Assembly: GCA_024231955.1 (NCBI GenBank)
Contig: JAAEPZ010000538.1
Coordinates: forward strand, 766,551 to 830,550
Reading direction: 5' to 3'
DNA length: 64,000 nt
Source: a bacterium
GTDB taxonomy: Bacteria > Krumholzibacteriota > Krumholzibacteriia > JACNKJ01
The notes under the pieces were generated by a model. It saw only the letters and a list, made by a program, of their open reading frames with translations, was not told where the DNA came from and did no database searches. The translations under genes and the position numbers were made by a program. Shown here one piece after another: positions 41,726 through 51,169 of this stretch (position 1 is its first letter; each line of letters begins with the position of its first letter).

Positions 41726-43306
41726 TCAATGACCGCCCAGTTTGATGGCGTCACTCACCGCGAAACGTTCACGACGAACTGCCTGTTGCTTGCCGAGACG
41801 GTCCTCAACAGTGATCTCCAGGATATAGCCGCCCGGGTCCAGGTCGTCAACCGAGATGGTCAGCGGATGGACCGATTGCCCCCCGGCCTGACGATTGGCC
41901 AGTGTCGAGCTGATGTCGATGCTGTCCCTGTCGAAGTTCAACAGCCAGCCGCTCGTGCTCTCCCGCTTGGCCTCGAGAATGCGATAGCTCAGACGATAGT
42001 CGTTGAGTCCGTGGGCATCCGTGGCCAGATTGTAGATCTCGAAGTATACGGAGAGCGGATGATGCTTGTTGTAGGAGCGCAACGGGTGGGGGAAGATATT
42101 CCATTCACCCTTGCGGAACAGCTTGGGTTCCGCGTTGCCGTTGATCGCGCTGGCGAAGGCGATGTCGCTGAGGCGCAGGCTGTCCCCCAGATCGGGCACG
42201 GTGACCTTCGTGGTGTAGATCTGCAGAGCATCGCCCTGCATATCCTCCAGACGCAACGCGGCGCTGTATTCGCCGGGGAGGATCTCATGGACCATCAGAC
42301 CGGAGAACAGCTGCCCCTGATTTTCCGGTTCCTCGGTTCTCCTGTCGAAACGGATCTTGTTGCTGACTTCACTGACCGCTGTGCCGAGTGAATCGAAGAG
42401 TGTGCAACTCTGCAGCAACCCGGCTTCCCACCTGTTGTGTCCGGGCTTCCTCTTGAACTCCAGATCGTTCAGCCGGATCTGGTAACTCACATCCACCCGC
42501 ATGGCTGCGGTTTGGCTGCGGAAGCAGTCCATCGCGAACACGCTCCACAGAGGTTGGTTGTCCGTGAAGAGAGTGGAGTGGACCTCCCCGTTCTTCACAG
42601 CCTTCTGCAGTGAAGCCCGCATCATGGTCTGTTTGTTGATCGGATAGGGCGCAGGGGAGGAGTACTGCAGCTGCGACATTATCGGCCCGAGATCCTCCCC
42701 CTTGTTCTCCCTTCTTACGGTCTGCAGCGAGACATACTTGCCCGCGGCTTCAAAGTACTCGCTCGTGGTCAAGTGTTGTTCATAGGTCATCATGTACATC
42801 AGGTCGCTCCAGACCCAGGTCAGCCTGTTGCCGTTGACGTAGGTCAGGATATCGACCGGTTCGAAGTATACCTGGTCGGGGGGGCCGAACATGATGTAGT
42901 CGCGGCCGCGATGATCGAACCCAGGCGGATCGACCGACGTGTAGATATCCAGAGCGAGCTTGAGCCTGCGCAGGTGCTCCTCCCGCCGCTCGTTCACCGG
43001 CGTCGTCGGGCTGGGATCACGCACTCGCCAGAACTCCTCAAGCCAGAGATCCAGCTCCCTCTTGTCGGTAATCCGGACAAAGGACTGATGCTCCTCGGGG
43101 GACATGATCAGGGACAGATGCATGCGCGAGGAGCTCTTTTCGGGGAAGCTGATCTCTCCGGGCACAGTGCCGTAGAGCGGAGGTTTCGATTTGCCGCATC
43201 GGCAGAGCCCCCCTATGGTCAGCAGCAGCATCAGGAGGAGCAGGGGATACTTGGCGCTGATGAGGATGTTGTGGGCAGCTGATCTTTGTTTGGGGCGTTG
43301 AGACAT
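41726..43306 (-). CDS. GWxTD-domain-containing secreted protein.
   Basis: Signal or lipoprotein-like N-terminus. GWxTD-family pattern EFWRVRDP...ERREEHLRRL...GFDHRGRDYIMFGPPD. Confidence 0.55.
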   Translation of the reverse strand: MSQRPKQRSAAHNILISAKYPLLLLMLLLTIGGLCRCGKSKPPLYGTVPGEISFPEKSSSRMHLSLIMSPEEHQSFVRITDKRELDLWLEEFWRVRDPSPTTPVNERREEHLRRLKLALDIYTSVDPPGFDHRGRDYIMFGPPDQVYFEPVDILTYVNGNRLTWVWSDLMYMMTYEQHLTTSEYFEAAGKYVSLQTVRRENKGEDLGPIMSQLQYSSPAPYPINKQTMMRASLQKAVKNGEVHSTLFTDNQPLWSVFAMDCFRSQTAAMRVDVSYQIRLNDLEFKRKPGHNRWEAGLLQSCTLFDSLGTAVSEVSNKIRFDRRTEEPENQGQLFSGLMVHEILPGEYSAALRLEDMQGDALQIYTTKVTVPDLGDSLRLSDIAFASAINGNAEPKLFRKGEWNIFPHPLRSYNKHHPLSVYFEIYNLATDAHGLNDYRLSYRILEAKRESTSGWLLNFDRDSIDISSTLANRQAGGQSVHPLTISVDDLDPGGYILEITVEDRLGKQQAVRRERFAVSDAIKLGGH

Positions 43307-43464
43307 GAAAAACTCCAGGCAGGACCGCTGTTTGAAATCATCTCATCCGTTGTGATGAGATAGGGATCTGTCGGCTCGCAATTTATATGAACCGGGCAAC
43401 CTGGCAAGGATTGGCTGTATTGATAAACCTCTTGACGGCGGGAGGGAAGCGGAAAATCGCCGGG

Positions 43465-45045
43465 TCAGCGCACCGGCACCGATTCCATACCATCCTTGCC
43501 GTCAATGTACTGCAAAATCAACGTGCTTTCCGCGCCATCACCGTGACGAAAGCGCATGACCTCCCGACCGTCGGGCGCAAGACGTTCGGGCACGGTGAGA
43601 AAGTACCAGGAGCCGAATTGATTCTCCGTGAAGTTTTTCCTGCGGTAGAGGGGGTGATCGAGCAGCTGCTGAAGGAATATGCCCGTCTTGAAGAACTGCG
43701 TGGTGTAGGACACGGCGTCGCTGATGACCAGAGGCGCGGTCTCATCGGTCATATGGGAGACGACTCGTTCGGCCTCGGGCTTCAGATCCCGCCGTTGCAG
43801 CGCCCGGTAGTTGTAGAGACCGTGTTGCTGAACGGTCAGCAGCAACAGGATCACGGTTGCCGCGAAGCGGAGCAACCTCCGTTTCGCCGTCAGGCCTTCG
43901 CGAACTGCATAACCGGCCGCCAGAAGGAGGATGATCCCCTCCGGCCAGCGCCCCTCCCTGATGAAGTATGCGCCACCGAACAATCCCGCTGCTGCGCCCA
44001 GGCCGAGGAATGCGCGTTGAATCCAGGCGCGGGGAATCCTGTCCGGATCGATATGCAGCGCCAGGACAATTGCCAGGAGCGGGAAGGCGGGGAGAAGATA
44101 GCGATCCACCGCGCCGGGCATGATGGTGAAGATCGTCAGTGCGATCAGGAACCCGTAGAGACTGATCCGGTAGAGCGGAGCCTCCCTGAATTCGCTGCGG
44201 CGGTTGCCGAACCAGAGAACAAGCGGCCAGGGCAGCCAGAGCAACAGGATCCTGAGCGGGAAGCTCACGAGGTGTTTGCAGAGGGCGAGGACCTCGCCGC
44301 TCGCACGGGCGGATACCTCGGAGCCCAGGACCCGCGTGAGATCCATTATGTCCCCCTGCGCGCAGTAGAGCCCGACCCAGACGGCGGGCAGGAGCAGAGA
44401 GGCCAGGGCGTGCCCCAGCAACCCGGCCAGGCGGCGTCCACGCGCTTGCTCGTGCATGACGGCATGCACCAGCAGCGGCGGGTAGAAGAACAGTGGTGAA
44501 ACACCTTTGGTCAGGATGCCCAATCCCACCAGCATGGCGGAGAGAACGAAACGCCATGGTCTGCGCGGATCGGGCAGATAGACCGCGAAAGCCATGATGC
44601 AGAGGGCGGTGACGAGCATGTCCGGTTCGACCTTGTTGCCGTATTCGAAGAGCATCAGGGCGTTGCCGATCGTGATCAGGAATCCGAGCAAAGCCCGACG
44701 CGGCGCTACGCGCAACAGGAGCAGATACACGGCCAGCGCTGCCGCCGCCAGAGCCAGCGACGAGATGGCGCGGGCGCTGAAGCCGGTAACCTCGCCGAAG
44801 GGGAGAGAGGCCAGCACGATCAACCAGTTGTGCGCCGGCGGTTTCTTGAAGTAGGGATGCTGGAAGATGGTCGGGACGATGTACTCGCCCTTCACCATCA
44901 TCTCCTGGGCGACGATGGCGCGACGCGATTCCTCGTGGAAAAACGGATGGCGATTACTGTAGATGAGCAGCGTCAGGAGGACGAACAGTGAGATCAGGAT
45001 CACCGGCAGGTGATTGCCGCGTCCGACTGATTCCCGGTTGGTCAT
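43465..45045 (-). CDS. ArnT/PMT-like GT-C family membrane glycosyltransferase (GT39/83).
   Basis: About 12 TM helices with conserved early loops (HPFFHEESRRAIVAQEMM, FQHPYFKKPP, GVSPLFFYP) typical of polyprenyl-phosphate-sugar-dependent GT-C enzymes. Confidence 0.7.
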   Translation of the reverse strand: MTNRESVGRGNHLPVILISLFVLLTLLIYSNRHPFFHEESRRAIVAQEMMVKGEYIVPTIFQHPYFKKPPAHNWLIVLASLPFGEVTGFSARAISSLALAAAALAVYLLLLRVAPRRALLGFLITIGNALMLFEYGNKVEPDMLVTALCIMAFAVYLPDPRRPWRFVLSAMLVGLGILTKGVSPLFFYPPLLVHAVMHEQARGRRLAGLLGHALASLLLPAVWVGLYCAQGDIMDLTRVLGSEVSARASGEVLALCKHLVSFPLRILLLWLPWPLVLWFGNRRSEFREAPLYRISLYGFLIALTIFTIMPGAVDRYLLPAFPLLAIVLALHIDPDRIPRAWIQRAFLGLGAAAGLFGGAYFIREGRWPEGIILLLAAGYAVREGLTAKRRLLRFAATVILLLLTVQQHGLYNYRALQRRDLKPEAERVVSHMTDETAPLVISDAVSYTTQFFKTGIFLQQLLDHPLYRRKNFTENQFGSWYFLTVPERLAPDGREVMRFRHGDGAESTLILQYIDGKDGMESVPVR

Positions 45046-45067
45046 GCTCGTGGCCGCCCCCCCGACT

Positions 45068-45361
45068 TCAGGATGATTCATCGGCGGTCGCCAGCGCCGC
45101 GCGCTTTCTGTAGATCAGAATCAGGTTCCGGATATAGATGATGCTGCCGGTGCTCTGGCCAAGGATGAAGACCGGATCCTGCTTATGGATGGCGTAGGTG
45201 AGCAGCATGGCGGAACCGATGATGCTCAGATACCAGAAGACGATGGGGATGGTGCTTTCGCCCCGTTTTTCGCTTGCGATCCACTGCACCAGAAAACGTC
45301 CGGCGAATATCGCCTGCGCGATGAAGCCGATGACGACCCAGGCATCCCAGGACTCAGGCAT
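45068..45361 (-). CDS. Small membrane protein with a lipid-A-biosynthesis N-terminal (LAB_N)-like domain.
   Basis: 97 aa, FAGRFLVQWIASEK motif (FxGRFxVQW) and 3 TM segments. Its start overlaps the upstream GT2 stop (ATGCCTGA). Confidence 0.55.
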   Translation of the reverse strand: MPESWDAWVVIGFIAQAIFAGRFLVQWIASEKRGESTIPIVFWYLSIIGSAMLLTYAIHKQDPVFILGQSTGSIIYIRNLILIYRKRAALATADESS

Positions 45362-46220
45362 CGGTCTCCCCCTTCGACACGCAGGAGGTGGTCGCCACCT
45401 GCGGCAGCACGTGCCGTTTGAGATACCAGCGCACGCCGAATGTGTCGTAGAGCCCGACCCAGAGACGGTTGTTGATTCCGTACTTGGCGGTGCCCAGCGT
45501 TCGGGGGCGGTGATTCACCGGCATCTCCTTCATCCTGTAGCCCCGCATCCCCACCAGGGTGGGGAAGAAGCGGTGCATCCCCTTGAAGAGGGGGATACCC
45601 TCAACGCACTCCCGGTAGAAGACACGCAGCGAACAGCCGACATCGGTAACGGTGCGGCCGGTCATGGCGTTGCGGAAGCTGTTGGCGATTTTCGACGACA
45701 GTCGACGCACGGCGCTGTCATTGCGACGGGCGCGCAGACCGTTGACCATCTCGACGTCGGAACGCTCCAACTCATCCACCAGGCGCGGCAGGTCGGCCGG
45801 ATCGTTTTGCAGATCGCCGTCGAGCGTGGCCAGAATCCGACCCTGCGCGGTGCGGAACCCCACCGCCATCGCAGCCGACTGACCGAAGTTGCCTTTGAGC
45901 GCGACGAAGTGATGTCGCGGCTCCCGCTCGTGAAGTTCACGCAGGCCCGCAAGGGTGCCGTCGCTGGAGCCGTCATCAATCCACAGGCACTCCCAGGTGC
46001 GGGGCTGACTGTTGAATGCATCGCTGATTTCCCGGGCCAGCACCGGGGCTGACTCCTCTTCGTTGTAGACGGGGACGATAATGGAGATATCCGGCTTCAA
46101 AGGCTTCCGATCTGATGGAGTCAGCGGGTCTGGGCAATGCCCGTTTCGATATGTCGTTCTGCTCTCGGGTCGGTTCATCAATCCAGGAAAATAGCAGATC
46201 CAATGATCCTGATCAAACAT
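45354..46220 (-). CDS. GT2-family polyprenol-phosphate glycosyltransferase (ArnC/GtrB/DPM1-like).
   Basis: ISIIVPVYNEE, WIDDGSSDGT, LDGDLQNDP (DxD) and a C-terminal TM region. The start is uncertain (Met at 46220 or 46178). Confidence 0.7.
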   Translation of the reverse strand: MFDQDHWICYFPGLMNRPESRTTYRNGHCPDPLTPSDRKPLKPDISIIVPVYNEEESAPVLAREISDAFNSQPRTWECLWIDDGSSDGTLAGLRELHEREPRHHFVALKGNFGQSAAMAVGFRTAQGRILATLDGDLQNDPADLPRLVDELERSDVEMVNGLRARRNDSAVRRLSSKIANSFRNAMTGRTVTDVGCSLRVFYRECVEGIPLFKGMHRFFPTLVGMRGYRMKEMPVNHRPRTLGTAKYGINNRLWVGLYDTFGVRWYLKRHVLPQVATTSCVSKGETDA

Positions 46221-46534
46221 TGAGCTGCCGAAAAAGTCCGAGGGGGGCAATCGAGGCGTGAATCGGACTCTACATACTTCGGTGCCTCCAATTCCGCAAG
46301 TGTAAACAATGGACCGGCAGTGGAGCGGTGATCGAACAGGCGTCACCCGCGATACCCAATTAATATCGCAATATCCGCGGCTCCGGTTCTTGCCGATGGC
46401 TTCCCATATGGCCTGGTCGCTTCCTGTAGCGGCCAGGTAACTGGCTGAAAATAAAGCGATAGTGGAGTCGCTCTGAGCGTCCGTGCTAATATTGAGGGAT
46501 ATCGAACCGACGAGATGATTATTGACGAAACCCA

Positions 46535-49500
46535 TTGGAGGTTCTCGTGAAGAGCGTGCTGATCAGATCGATCATGATATTCCGGATATTCATGTTGCTG
46601 CTTCTCTTTGCCGATGAGCTGGCGCAGGCCCAGGCGGGTCCGGTCAGGCAATTGGATCTCCGTGCACCGCTCGCGGCTGCGACACTGACGCGGGCTGCCG
46701 CTCCGGGTCACCACCTGCCGGATGCCGCGCTGTTGACAAAACAGCGCAATGTACGTCGCCAGGTATCGGCGAAGCAGGCGATACCGGATCGCCCCCTGCC
46801 CGAATTCATCGATCGCGACTATACCGCCGAAGCGAGTCACGGCGGCGATGGCCGCGAGTGCGAACTCGCCCCCGAGATGAAGGCCGAGTTGGCGCGGCTC
46901 ACCGACCTGCTCCACCAGAGGGAGGCCGAGGGGGCCGCGGGGGGGATCGTACGCGGCTCCGACCGCGAAGCCCCCTGGAGCGAATCACATCTGCTCGCGG
47001 ATGCCACCCACATGGCGGACCAGTACGTCTCGCTGCAACGGAGTCCGGCGGGCCACCTCTACGCAGTCTGGCAAGCCAATGATCTGGGCGGTTCGGATCG
47101 CGATATCCACATCGCCGTGAGTCTCTCCAACGGCATGACCTGGCAAGTCTACGAAATGCCCTCCTATGATCAGGACGAATACCACGCCGAACTCGCCATC
47201 GATGCCGCCGGTTATCTGTTCGTCACCTGGATTCGCGCCGATGGTGTGATCCTCCGTTCGCGCTCCATGACGTCTGAATCCGTTCAGAGCTGGGCCTGGG
47301 TCAAAGGCCTCAGCAGCGGCGAAACCCACGCCACCCCCTGCATCGCCGTCAGCGGTTCGGGCAACTATGCCCGCGTTTTCATCTGCGCGGCGTGGAATAC
47401 GATCAACTACAATCTCATGACCTATGAGTGGACCCTGATCTGGATGTACAGCACCAACGGCGGCGATACGGTCAATCACGATTACTTCGATCCCGACGGC
47501 TACCCCGACTACTGGCCCGACGCCGAGATGAACAACTCCACCGTTTACCTGCTCAATGCCGAAAAGGATTACCAGACGGGCGTGCTCGAGGTCGTAGCGG
47601 CCGATGGCCCGCTCGGCGGCATATTCAACGAGCCGTGGTACCTCACCTCCTGGACCGACTTCAACTGCCAGTTCCCCTCCCTGACGGCACAGGGCGACAA
47701 CGTGTTCGCCGTCTTCCAGATGGAGTACGACGACGGGATCGGCAACACCGATGGCGACATCGTTTTCTGCTACTCGGACGATGGCTTGGCCAGCATGTAT
47801 GGTCCCTACGAGATGGCCTGCGACGATTACGACAGCGTGGGACCGGTTCTCTACAGCCACGATGGTGTGGTGGGCTGCCTGTGGCTCGACGCGGCGCCGG
47901 GCGATGATGAGTTCATGTTGTGCGCCCGTCAGGCCGGAGGGTCCGGGCATCCCGATGCCTGGGGCGAAATAGAAACGATACTCGAAGACAGATATGTCGA
48001 TCCCATGTTCCGCACCGCAGCGGGTACTTTCGGCTACAACAAACTGCACGCAGCCTGGTCCGATCGACGCGATTATCCCACGCAGAACATGAATATCTAC
48101 ACAAGTGAGCGACCGGTGCTGCCCAACCTGACGGCGTGCGTGCCTGCCGGCTGGGACAGTTCGCTGGTGCTCAACCTGGTTGCGGGGGAGCGGAGCAACG
48201 GCCTGCTCGCAGCGGACGAAACCGCCTACCTGAGCTGCGCCTTCACGAATAGCGGCATGCAGGACATCGCCGCCGATTTTCAATTGCGTCTTCTGGTGGA
48301 CGGTGAGCCCTACGCGACCTGGGAGCTCAGCGGCGGCCTGGGTACCGGTTACTACAGCGCGGTGGAGGACTATCCGTTGACCCTGCCCGCGGGCATTCAC
48401 CTGATCGAATTCGAACTCGATTTCACCGACCTCATCGACGAAGACGACGAAACCGACAACACCGCCAGCGACAATTTCAATTTCATCGATGGTGATCCGC
48501 GACTCCTGCTGGCGCCGACCCAGCTCACACATGTCTTTGACGACGGCCAGGCGCGCGGCGCGCAGCCCGTCACGCCTTTGATCAATCGTGTGAGCGTGCC
48601 GGTGATCAGCGAGCGTCTCGCCGAAGCGATGTTCGACGCGGGCGATGGGGAGAAACTGCGCGTTCTGGTCGAGCCGCGGCGTCAGGTCGATGCCCTCGCC
48701 CTGCGCACCCGGCTTGCGGGGCTGTCGCGAGACGGTCGCGGGGAGCGGACTGCCAGTGCGCTTCGCAGCACCATGCGTGAAAATCGCGTCTTGCTCGATC
48801 CTCAACTCCGCGCTCTGATCGAGCGGGGTGAGGCCCTGGAGCCGGTGGAGCTTTGGTTCTCCGGCCAGTTGCTGGTCGAGATGAGCTCCGTCGCCGTACG
48901 TGAACTGGCGGAGAATCCGGAGGTGGGGTTGCTCTGGCTGGACGATCTGAAGAGCGAGTTCTTCACCGAACCGAGTGAGACGGAGACCGCCGGTGGTCGC
49001 GCTCTGGCCTGGCACCTGAACAAGATAGGCGCCCCAGCCGCCTGGGCGCAGGGGTACGACGGCACCGGGATCCTGATCGGCCACCTCGACAGCGGCGTGG
49101 CCTGGGATCATCCCGATCTGACTGCCGGCCTTTGGGACGGAGGTTCCAGCTACCCGCATCACGGCTGGGATTGTCTCGACGAGGATAATGATCCCTACGA
49201 CGGCGACACCGACTACCATCACGGCACCCACACGGCGGGTTGCATCATCGGCACCGGCGCCTTGGGTACAACCAGCGGCGCGGCTCCCGGTGCGCGTCTG
49301 ATCGCTTTGCGCTGTGTCCCCGGGTACTTCGCCGACTTCGTGGAGGGGCTGCAATTCTGCCTGGATCACGGCACGCAGGTGATAAACGCATCGGCGGGCT
49401 GGTCCAATCCCCCGGCGGAGCTCAGTGAGGCCAACCGCGATAATGCGAATATCCTGGCCGCCGCCGGGATAGCCTGGGTTTGCGCCGCCGGCAATGGCGA

Positions 49501-50542
49501 CAACATGGGGGGGCACAATCCCGCGCCGAACGACATCGCAACGCCGGGTGATGTGCCGAACCCCTTCTATGGCGCGCACGGGCACAGTGCGGTGATCTCC
49601 GTAGGCGCTTCGACCAGCAGCGATCAGATGAATGTGCTCTCCAGCATCGGCCCGACCTCCTGGGAGATCACCACCACACCGGGTTTCGACGATTATCCCT
49701 ACCCGCCCGGGTTGATGAAGCCCGACCTCGTGGCGCCGGGTCAGTCGATCACCAGCACCACACCCGGCGGCTACGCGACCTACGACGGCAGTTCGATGGC
49801 GACACCTCTGGTGTCCGCCGCCTGTGCGATTCTGCTGCAGGCCTGTCCCGGCTTGCCCCTGGCCGACCTGGCCGAAACTCTTGAGAACAGTGTGGTGGAT
49901 ATCATGGCTGCGGGCCGGGACAACAACTCCGGCGCGGGGCGTCTGGACATACCGGTCGCACTGGCGCAACTTCCCGATGGCGCGTGGGAGAGTTTCGCCA
50001 TCACCAACACCGGTCAACTGCCGCTGGCCGTAACCGACTTCGCGGGGCTTGAACCCTGGCTGCTCATTTCGCCGGCGGAGGCGGTGATCATGCCGGGTGA
50101 GACTCTGGGGTTCATCGCCATTTTCGATCCCGATCTGCTGCCCGCCGGATTGAGTCGGGCGGATGTGATTGTTCACTCTAATGATCCGCTGGGGCCGCAC
50201 GATCTGACGGTCTTTGCGATCGTGGGTACCCTGACCGGGTTACCGGAGATCGAGCAGCAGGCGAGCCGGCCGTCGATGCTGACCGCCTGGCCCAACCCGT
50301 TCAACCCGAAGACCGTTATCCGCTTCACGAATCCCGCCTGGGGGCGTGTGCGGTTGAGTGTGCACGGTGCCGACGGCCGACTGCTCCGTGTGCTGGTCGA
50401 TGAGGATCTGCCCGCCGGGGCGGGGGAGTTTGCCTGGGACGGGCGCGCAGCGTCGGGACGGGCGCTCGCCAGCGGTGTCTATTTTGCGCGTGTGGATATC
50501 GGCGGTAAGACAATGAGTCGGAAGCTGGTTCTCTTGAAATGA
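46535..50542 (+). CDS. Secreted subtilisin-like (S8) serine protease with an N-terminal BNR/sialidase-like region and a C-terminal Por_Secre_tail domain.
   Basis: Signal-like N-terminus. Asp region GILIGHLDSGV, His region HGTHTAGCIIG, Ser region DGSSMATPLV. N-terminal half carries S-x-D-x-G-x-T-W-like repeats. The C-terminus is WPNPFNPKTVIRF...GVYFARV...KLVLLK. Confidence 0.85.
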   Translation: MEVLVKSVLIRSIMIFRIFMLLLLFADELAQAQAGPVRQLDLRAPLAAATLTRAAAPGHHLPDAALLTKQRNVRRQVSAKQAIPDRPLPEFIDRDYTAEASHGGDGRECELAPEMKAELARLTDLLHQREAEGAAGGIVRGSDREAPWSESHLLADATHMADQYVSLQRSPAGHLYAVWQANDLGGSDRDIHIAVSLSNGMTWQVYEMPSYDQDEYHAELAIDAAGYLFVTWIRADGVILRSRSMTSESVQSWAWVKGLSSGETHATPCIAVSGSGNYARVFICAAWNTINYNLMTYEWTLIWMYSTNGGDTVNHDYFDPDGYPDYWPDAEMNNSTVYLLNAEKDYQTGVLEVVAADGPLGGIFNEPWYLTSWTDFNCQFPSLTAQGDNVFAVFQMEYDDGIGNTDGDIVFCYSDDGLASMYGPYEMACDDYDSVGPVLYSHDGVVGCLWLDAAPGDDEFMLCARQAGGSGHPDAWGEIETILEDRYVDPMFRTAAGTFGYNKLHAAWSDRRDYPTQNMNIYTSERPVLPNLTACVPAGWDSSLVLNLVAGERSNGLLAADETAYLSCAFTNSGMQDIAADFQLRLLVDGEPYATWELSGGLGTGYYSAVEDYPLTLPAGIHLIEFELDFTDLIDEDDETDNTASDNFNFIDGDPRLLLAPTQLTHVFDDGQARGAQPVTPLINRVSVPVISERLAEAMFDAGDGEKLRVLVEPRRQVDALALRTRLAGLSRDGRGERTASALRSTMRENRVLLDPQLRALIERGEALEPVELWFSGQLLVEMSSVAVRELAENPEVGLLWLDDLKSEFFTEPSETETAGGRALAWHLNKIGAPAAWAQGYDGTGILIGHLDSGVAWDHPDLTAGLWDGGSSYPHHGWDCLDEDNDPYDGDTDYHHGTHTAGCIIGTGALGTTSGAAPGARLIALRCVPGYFADFVEGLQFCLDHGTQVINASAGWSNPPAELSEANRDNANILAAAGIAWVCAAGNGDNMGGHNPAPNDIATPGDVPNPFYGAHGHSAVISVGASTSSDQMNVLSSIGPTSWEITTTPGFDDYPYPPGLMKPDLVAPGQSITSTTPGGYATYDGSSMATPLVSAACAILLQACPGLPLADLAETLENSVVDIMAAGRDNNSGAGRLDIPVALAQLPDGAWESFAITNTGQLPLAVTDFAGLEPWLLISPAEAVIMPGETLGFIAIFDPDLLPAGLSRADVIVHSNDPLGPHDLTVFAIVGTLTGLPEIEQQASRPSMLTAWPNPFNPKTVIRFTNPAWGRVRLSVHGADGRLLRVLVDEDLPAGAGEFAWDGRAASGRALASGVYFARVDIGGKTMSRKLVLLK

Positions 50543-50622
50543 ACCAGCTTCCGACCCAAATGGTCCGGTCAGTATGTATGAATCTTGTCTTCGCAGGCAG
50601 GCCTGCTGTCGGCCACTTGCGG

Positions 50623-51159
50623 TCAGGAGCGGGATAATTCGTCAATCATTGCGAGATTCTGAATACTGAGAATGGACTCAACCTTCAGCAGCATGATGAT
50701 CTCATTGCCGACCTTGCCGATGCCGAGAATCATGTCGTTCGCATGATTCTCTCCGAAATCCGGTGGCGGCTCGATCTGATCGCTCGCTATCTCAATCACT
50801 TCTGAAACATTGTCGACGATGATACCCATCGTCACTTGACCGGTATCGGTGGCAACCTGCACCACGACGATACAGGTATGCTCGGTATCTTCGACGCAGT
50901 CCAATCCGAACTTGGCTCTCAACTCGATCACCGGCAGCACGCAGCCGCGCAAATTGACCACTCCCCGGACATAGTCCGGGGTCTGCGGTATTTTGGTGAT
51001 ATCCATGATGCCGATGATCTCCTGGATCGACAGAATCTGCAGACCGTAGGTCTCATCGCCGAGTCTGAAGCCGAGGTACTTCCCGCCCAGATCACCTGCT
51101 GAAGGGGCAAGGGCGGCTGCGCCGCCGGTGTGCTGATCCTGAATCGCGTTCATCATCAA
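50623..51159 (-). CDS. cheW: Chemotaxis coupling protein CheW.
   Basis: Single CheW-like domain (YLGFRLGDETYGLQILSIQEII...VRGVVNLRG...PVIEL). Confidence 0.8.
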   Translation of the reverse strand: MMMNAIQDQHTGGAAALAPSAGDLGGKYLGFRLGDETYGLQILSIQEIIGIMDITKIPQTPDYVRGVVNLRGCVLPVIELRAKFGLDCVEDTEHTCIVVVQVATDTGQVTMGIIVDNVSEVIEIASDQIEPPPDFGENHANDMILGIGKVGNEIIMLLKVESILSIQNLAMIDELSRS

Positions 51160-51169
51160 TACCTCCCGC

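Noticed and set aside
46985-50200. 1071-aa ORF on the minus strand.
   Set aside because: It lies entirely antisense to the S8 protease gene. That gene has the catalytic triad, a signal peptide and a CTD, whereas the antisense product is Arg/Gly/Pro-rich low complexity, typical of high-GC shadow ORFs.
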